The notes beneath the pieces were generated by a model. That model did not search any database. It saw only the letters and a program-made list of their open reading frames with translations, and was not told the DNA's origin. Made by a program: the position numbers and the translations under genes. Positions 27,173 through 32,000 of a stretch of 32,000 bases of DNA are shown here, in pieces (the first letter of the stretch is position 1; every line of letters begins with the position of its first letter). Source of the stretch: Promethearchaeia archaeon (lineage in GTDB: Archaea > Asgardarchaeota > Lokiarchaeia > Sigyniarchaeales > SOKP01); assembly GCA_046497275.1 (NCBI GenBank), contig JAWOFX010000054.1, forward strand, positions 108,095 to 140,094, in the 5' to 3' direction.

Positions 27173-28861
27173 TTGAGTTTTAATGATGATATTCTCTTTG
27201 AGAAATTTACGAATATGGAACCTGATAAAGCATCAGAATTAGTCTTGTCGATTTTATTAACTTCAAATCCTCCAGAACGGAGGGAAAAAGCAGTTCAAAA
27301 ATTGATAGAGATTAACGACAATCATCATTTTCAAGAAATTAAAAGTGCCTATTTAAATGAAACTCATTCGAACGTTAAATTAAGTTTTATTAAATTAATT
27401 TCTAAATTCTATGGCGAAGAAGGAATAGAATTTCTCAAAATGCAATATAAAAATGAAAAAGATTGGAAAATAAGAAAAGAAATAGTAATCTCTGTTGGAG
27501 ATAGAACCCAAGATGAAAATTTAGATTTCTTTCTAGACGCTTTAAAAGATTCTAATATAAGGATAAAAAAGAAATCGATTCAATATCTGGGACAAATAAG
27601 AGATTCAAAGGCGTTTGACGGGCTTATGGACTTATTAAAATATGGTAACACTGAATACCATAGAGATCTAATTAAATCAATAGTTAATATCATTAGAAAT
27701 TCAGAAGAACAATTAATATCGAAATATATTGAGGATAGCAATATTCATATTCAAAGAGCAATACCCCTAATCTTAAGGCGTATTGAAAATGATGAGTCAA
27801 TCGGATATTTAGTGGACTTATTAAATCAAAATGATTCAATTATTAAAGAAAATTGCTTGAGGGCTTTAAGAAAATTTAAGAATTCGGATGATCCAAATAC
27901 AGTTAAAGCAATAATTGAAGAACTAAACAATAAATCTTCAAAAGTGAAACAAGAGGCCATTAAAGCATTAGGAAGAATTGGGAATAAAGCTGCGACCGTT
28001 CATTTATTAAAAGAACTTAAAGATAAAGACGATTTGACCAGGAAATATGCTATAGATGCATTAAAAAGCCTTATGAAAGATACGAGTTCTATCAAAAGAT
28101 TGCAGAATTTATTAGTTAGTCGTAATATAATCGAGCGGATTGCAGCAATTAAATTAATAGGAAAATTAGGAGATAAAACCTCCTTGGAAACATTGATAAA
28201 TTCCCTAAATAGTAATAACTCAAAAGTTAGACATGCATCTTATAATGCTATATTAAAGATCGTGAATGGAGAATCTCTTGATAACATTGTTGAAAATCTC
28301 AATGCAAGCGAATCGCAAATCCGAAAATGGAGTGCAAAAATACTTTTTAATAAGATGAAAAAAGAAAATGAAGAAGAAATCATAATCCATCTACTTAATT
28401 TATTGGAAGATACTAAAAGTAATGTGAGAAGGTCTGCTATTAACTTTTTGTCAAAACTTGATAATCCACTTATTTTAGATCATATCAATAAAAAGCTAAA
28501 AAATTCACCCAACTGGAAAATGCGACGTTCATGTATTCGTTTACTTTCTAAAATCAATAGTCAAAAAACATTAAAATTGTTAGTACAATATATAGATGAC
28601 GAGGACTTTTTTATCCAAAATTGGGTATTGAAAGCAATTGGAAGGATAAAAAATTTTGAAAACATAACCCTTATCATAGATTTACTTAATAATAAAGATG
28701 AGAGAATCAAAATAGCAGCAATAAAATCCTTAGCTAAAGTTGGAGATAATAGCGATATATCCTCTTTAGTTGAACAATTGGGTGATACCAATTGGGAAGT
28801 GAGGAAAGCTACGGAAAATGCCTTAAATAAAATAAATCCAAACTGGATGGATACTATTTAA
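27173..28861 (+). CDS. HEAT-repeat (PBS-lyase-like) solenoid protein, 562 aa
   Basis: About 15 repeats of ~31 aa (e.g. SSKVKQEAIKALGRIG, NIIERIAAIKLIGKLG, DERIKIAAIKSLAKVG, NWEVRKATENAL); TTG start. Confidence 0.9.
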   Translation: MSFNDDILFEKFTNMEPDKASELVLSILLTSNPPERREKAVQKLIEINDNHHFQEIKSAYLNETHSNVKLSFIKLISKFYGEEGIEFLKMQYKNEKDWKIRKEIVISVGDRTQDENLDFFLDALKDSNIRIKKKSIQYLGQIRDSKAFDGLMDLLKYGNTEYHRDLIKSIVNIIRNSEEQLISKYIEDSNIHIQRAIPLILRRIENDESIGYLVDLLNQNDSIIKENCLRALRKFKNSDDPNTVKAIIEELNNKSSKVKQEAIKALGRIGNKAATVHLLKELKDKDDLTRKYAIDALKSLMKDTSSIKRLQNLLVSRNIIERIAAIKLIGKLGDKTSLETLINSLNSNNSKVRHASYNAILKIVNGESLDNIVENLNASESQIRKWSAKILFNKMKKENEEEIIIHLLNLLEDTKSNVRRSAINFLSKLDNPLILDHINKKLKNSPNWKMRRSCIRLLSKINSQKTLKLLVQYIDDEDFFIQNWVLKAIGRIKNFENITLIIDLLNNKDERIKIAAIKSLAKVGDNSDISSLVEQLGDTNWEVRKATENALNKINPNWMDTI

Positions 28862-28944
28862 CTTATATTTAAGGTAATTATAGAACCTAATGTTGTTTTA
28901 AATGAATAAGGAACCAAACTGAGAAGAAAAGTTTCTATTAAACA

Positions 28945-29352
28945 TTAATACGTAATTATTTCTAAAGATTCAATCCTTTCAAAATGTCGTTTATTTCTTG
29001 TAATGATTTTATTAATTCCATTAGATAACATGATACTAGCAATAAGAATATCATTGGCTTCAATAATTTTTCCTCTGGAAGATAATTCATCGTATATTTC
29101 TGAAGATTTCATCGTTTCTTTAATCCCTAAAGGTATAAATTGCATATTTGAAATCATTTTATTCCAAATTTTTTATAGCTCATCATATCTCTCTTTTGAT
29201 CTTTTTCTCTTTATTCTTTCTAAATCAATAAATATTTCATAGATGCTGACTGTAGTAATACCAAAGATATCGATTTGCTCATCCAAAAGGTTTTTAAGAT
29301 CTTTATCCCTCACAAGATAATCTATTCACGCAGTAGAATCAAGTATAATCAT
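28945..29352 (-). pseudogene. vapC: VapC/PIN-domain toxin with two in-frame stops
   Basis: MIILDSTA*IDYL...SIYE...YDEL*KIWN...ANDILIA...ITRNKRHF in one frame; TGA at 29328-29326 (codon 9), TAA at 29175-29173 (codon 60); PIN acidic residues retained. Confidence 0.85.
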
Positions 29353-29353
29353 A

Positions 29354-29587
29354 TTAATCCTCAAAATTGGGTTTTTTCCATATCTTTCCTTTTCTTTTTG
29401 TTATAGGATCCCAAATCTCTCTCTTTTCTTCTTCTGTAAGATCCCATGTTCCAAAAACCTCTTCTAAATTATTTTTCTGTGAATTTAATAATCTAAGAAA
29501 GAGTTCTGAAAAACTCTCATCCTCCCGCTTTATTTTAACTAATTTATTATACACTTCTTCGGTTATATTAATATCTTTTGACGCCAT
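29354..29587 (-). CDS. vapB: Archaeal VapB-family antitoxin (intact)
   Basis: MASKDINITEEVYNKLVKIKREDESFSELFLRL is the typical archaeal antitoxin N-terminus; ends 1 nt before the vapC start. Confidence 0.85.
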   Translation of the reverse strand: MASKDINITEEVYNKLVKIKREDESFSELFLRLLNSQKNNLEEVFGTWDLTEEEKREIWDPITKRKGKIWKKPNFED

Positions 29588-29847
29588 CTTATTTTACATA
29601 AACACATATTTATACCTGATTCTTTTATTATCATAACACGTCTTTTTTATTTAGATATTTTTAAATTCTCAGTATTATTTAAGAGTTATTTCACTTGCAC
29701 TCTTTTAAATTTCATACTTAACAATTCCTTTAATAAATTTTTTATAATTTTTACTATTTCCCAATATAGTTTATAATCATTTAATTGGAATTAAGTATTT
29801 TAACAATTAAATTAAACCTAATCTTAAAATTACTATAACTGAGAATA

Positions 29848-30279
29848 ATGACGGAAAATAAAGATTTTGACCCATACATCTTGGGGATCTGTTGTAACTG
29901 GTGTACTTATGCTGGAGCTGACCAAGCTGGTACTTCGAGAATGCAGCGCCCCGCAAATTTGCGTATCATGCGTGTTATGTGTGGTGGGCGAGTTGATCCG
30001 CAATTTGTTTTAGATGCGCTAACTAATGGTGCGGATGGGGTTCTTGTATCTCATTGCCATCCCGGAGATTGTCATTATGTGGAAGGGAATTTGAAAACAA
30101 TTAGGAAATTACCTATGCTCCATCGTTATCTTGAACAATATGGTATAAATCCTAAACGTGTAAAATATACATTTGTATCTGCATCAGAAGGAGCTGAATT
30201 AACGGAAATTGTGCAAGAGTTTGTACAAGAATTAAAAGAATTAGGGCCAAACCCATTAAGAAGGGAGGGGAAAAAATAA
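29848..30279 (+). CDS. mvhD: Hydrogenase/Hdr-associated 2Fe-2S subunit MvhD, Cys form
   Basis: CCNWCTYAGAD, RVMCGGRVDP, GADGV, CHPGDCHY, VSASEG, LGPNPL. Confidence 0.95.
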   Translation: MTENKDFDPYILGICCNWCTYAGADQAGTSRMQRPANLRIMRVMCGGRVDPQFVLDALTNGADGVLVSHCHPGDCHYVEGNLKTIRKLPMLHRYLEQYGINPKRVKYTFVSASEGAELTEIVQEFVQELKELGPNPLRREGKK

Positions 30280-30537
30280 ATGCAAGTTTATAAAATTAAA
30301 GTAAACCATAATCTCTGTACAGGATGTAATGTATGTGTAGTTTCATGTCCCGTTAATTTTGATAAATTAAAAAAAGAGGGAAAGCTGACTGAGGGGAATG
30401 CTGTAATATTAGTAAAAGATGGGATCGCCAGACCGATTTATAATGAAGAACGGAAGATTAATTGTGATGGATGTGGGGTCTGTAGCGAGGCCTGCCCTCA
30501 AAATGCGATAAGAATAGAGATAATTGAGGTGGAATGA
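30280..30537 (+). CDS. fwdG: Formylmethanofuran dehydrogenase ferredoxin subunit G
   Basis: 85 aa with CTGCNVCVVSCPVN and CDGCGVCSEACP; FwdG-like size and CPVN motif; fwd operon context. Confidence 0.8.
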   Translation: MQVYKIKVNHNLCTGCNVCVVSCPVNFDKLKKEGKLTEGNAVILVKDGIARPIYNEERKINCDGCGVCSEACPQNAIRIEIIEVE

Positions 30538-30544
30538 AAGAAAA

Positions 30545-31273
30545 ATGTCATTTCCTAAAATATCAAGAGAAATTTCAAAAGAACAAGAAAAAGTTCAAGT
30601 AAAATATTTAACTGAAGAATTTGAATTGATATTGAACAGAACCAAATGCGTTGGCTGTGGAACGTGCGCACGAGTCTGTCCAAAAGACGCAATTTCCAGG
30701 GGACCAGTTGGTATGTCCCGAAAGTTTCCTACAACAGAGGATATTATCCCAGAAGTATATGATCCAAAAAAATGTGTGTTTTGCGGAACATGTGTGATTA
30801 TGTGTCCATTTGGAGCGCTAACTCTCAAAAAGAATGGAAAAGAAGTGCCTTTAGATGAATTAACGTTAATTTCAGAGCATGTAATCCCAAAAATCGAATT
30901 TGATGCAAAAAAAATCAAAAGCAATGAAGGAACTGAACGAGTTGTTAAGCAATATACTAAAGGAGAGATAGAAATTGTCGATGAGGAATGCGCTGGTGGT
31001 TGCGAGACATGTGCAGATGTATGTCCAAGTGGAGCGATAACTGTCCCTGAAAGGCCTAAGAAAGGGTGGGAAAGTGTACCTAATGTTGTTGTAGACGAAG
31101 AAAAATGCGTGTTCTGTGGTGCTTGTGATAATGCGTGTCCAACTGGGGCGGTTAAGCTAAGGATTACAGATGTTAAATGCTCAGGCGATTATAATGAAAT
31201 TTATTGGGACCCATTAATTGAGAGATTAAAAACTTTAAGATGGAGTGAAGAAGAGGAGGGTAGTGAAAAATGA
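30545..31273 (+). CDS. fwdF: Formylmethanofuran dehydrogenase polyferredoxin subunit F, short 4-cluster form (242 aa from ATG 30545)
   Basis: Four 4Fe-4S motifs (CVGCGTCARVCP, CVFCGTCVIMCP, CAGGCETCADVCP, CVFCGACDNACP); lies between fwdG and fwdD. Confidence 0.75.
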   Translation: MSFPKISREISKEQEKVQVKYLTEEFELILNRTKCVGCGTCARVCPKDAISRGPVGMSRKFPTTEDIIPEVYDPKKCVFCGTCVIMCPFGALTLKKNGKEVPLDELTLISEHVIPKIEFDAKKIKSNEGTERVVKQYTKGEIEIVDEECAGGCETCADVCPSGAITVPERPKKGWESVPNVVVDEEKCVFCGACDNACPTGAVKLRITDVKCSGDYNEIYWDPLIERLKTLRWSEEEEGSEK

Positions 31274-31665
31274 GTTTAAATGACCTTCGATTATTAACTG
31301 GACGAACTATTAATCAAGGTATTGCCTTAGAAGGTGGGAAGACTACAAAAGAAAATGTAAGAGCTGCAGCTATTTGCATGTTTGATAAGGAGGATTTTAA
31401 GAAGCTGGATTGTTTAGTCGGTACACCTGTAAAAGTAAGCACTGATCATGGTCATGTGACTGTGTATTCCACTATTTCTGAGGAAGGTCCGCACCCAGGC
31501 ATAATATTCATTCCAATGGGACCATGGGCAAATCAATTAGTCAATCCTGATTCTCAATCTTGTGGCACTCCGACTTTTAAGGGAATGAAGGCAAAAGTAG
31601 AAGTAGCAGAGGGAGCTAAAGTTATGGATGCATTAGAATTAATAAAACAATTAAAGGAGGCATAA
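31270..31665 (+). CDS. fwdD: Formylmethanofuran dehydrogenase subunit D (molybdopterin-binding domain)
   Basis: LLTGRTINQG, GIIFIPMGPWAN, GTPTFKG; ATGA overlap with fwdF. Confidence 0.93.
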   Translation: MSLNDLRLLTGRTINQGIALEGGKTTKENVRAAAICMFDKEDFKKLDCLVGTPVKVSTDHGHVTVYSTISEEGPHPGIIFIPMGPWANQLVNPDSQSCGTPTFKGMKAKVEVAEGAKVMDALELIKQLKEA

Positions 31666-31668
31666 AAA

Positions 31669-32000
31669 ATGGTAGAAAGAAAAATAAAGACCGTTTATGA
31701 TGTAGTTTGCCCATTTTGTGGGACTTTATGTGATGATCTTGAAGTAGATGTAAATATTGGGGACCAAGAAGTAATAGAAGTAAGAAATGCATGTCAAATT
31801 GGGACAGCTAAATTTTACTCTTCAAATCCTAGCGAACATAGATACACAAAACCCTTAATTAGAAAGGACGGCAAATTAGAGGAAGTTTCATGGGATGAAG
31901 CGATTGAAAAAACTGCAGAAATCTTAGTTAATTCAACTCGACCTTTATTATATGGATTTGCCAGCACAGAATGTGATGCACAAGGAAAAGGAGTTGAATT
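31669..32000 (+). CDS. fwdB: Formylmethanofuran dehydrogenase subunit B, N-terminal 110 codons (runs off the right edge; absent from the ORF track)
   Basis: Manual translation: MVERKIKTVYDVVCPFCGTLCDDLEV...RNACQIGTAKF...VSWDEAIEKTAEILVNSTRPLLYGFASTECDAQ; CPFCGxLCDD is the FwdB signature. Confidence 0.93.
   Translation, partial: MVERKIKTVYDVVCPFCGTLCDDLEVDVNIGDQEVIEVRNACQIGTAKFYSSNPSEHRYTKPLIRKDGKLEEVSWDEAIEKTAEILVNSTRPLLYGFASTECDAQGKGVE

Noticed and set aside
29326-29328. Selenocysteine or readthrough at the in-frame TGA of vapC
   Set aside because: A second in-frame TAA follows, no SECIS-like hairpin is evident, and PIN toxins are not known selenoproteins.
30524-30544. Track's TTG start for fwdF
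   Set aside because: It overlaps the fwdG end; ATG 30545 is more parsimonious, though not proven.
1594-30924. Short antisense or off-frame ORFs inside real genes (e.g. 1594..1917, 2425..2760, 4972..5208, 5443..5673, 6104..6328, 9307..9504, 13915..14127, 16022..16339, 24694..24891, 26646..26864, 29003..29242, 29367..29636, 30595..30924)
   Set aside because: They overlap confidently assigned genes or pseudogenes and carry no recognisable motifs; typical shadow ORFs.
1-32000. Alternative genetic code explaining the in-frame stops
   Set aside because: TAA, TGA and TAG all end well-conserved genes at the expected places (e.g. hdrB TAA, hdrC TGA, ugd TAG).
1-32000. CRISPR array, tRNA/rRNA, IS element or integrase
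   Set aside because: No regularly spaced repeats, no GC-rich structured intergenic islands, and no transposase or recombinase ORF seen.
31669-32000. Deciding whether FwdB is a Sec or Cys form, or W- versus Mo-dependent
   Set aside because: The metal-ligand residue lies beyond the window edge.

Overview
AT-rich archaeal DNA (roughly 30% GC by eye). The gene set (TFB, hdrCBA, mvhD, fwdGFDB, a Fae domain, orphan PAS histidine kinase, HEAT-repeat protein, many TTG starts, GGAGG/GGTGA ribosome-binding sites) fits an anaerobic Asgard archaeon, most likely Lokiarchaeia; this placement is inference. The window is gene-dense and dominated by C1/energy metabolism: hdrC-hdrB-hdrA (4.3-7.9 kb), a two-subunit 2-oxoacid:ferredoxin oxidoreductase (23.1-25.6 kb) and an mvhD-fwdG-fwdF-fwdD-fwdB operon running off the right end. 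The most striking item is a two-gene minus-strand operon (12756-15543). It pairs a 426-aa enzyme-like protein of unknown function with a DapA-family class I aldolase that lacks the DHDPS-specific arginine and is fused to a complete formaldehyde-activating enzyme (Fae) domain, suggesting an undescribed formaldehyde-releasing or formaldehyde-fixing route coupled to H4MPT. Also notable: a divergent processive GT2 / UDP-glucose dehydrogenase pair followed by a GH4 with a CHE(Y) motif; a YaeQ-like protein with an intact PD-(D/E)xK motif; a probable ATT start codon; a TGGGAA-N5-TGGGAA repeat upstream of two different genes; and two decaying toxin-antitoxin modules (MNT-HEPN, vapBC) flanking a HEAT-repeat gene. 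I saw no rRNA, tRNA, CRISPR array or transposase. All family assignments come from motif recognition, not database searches.
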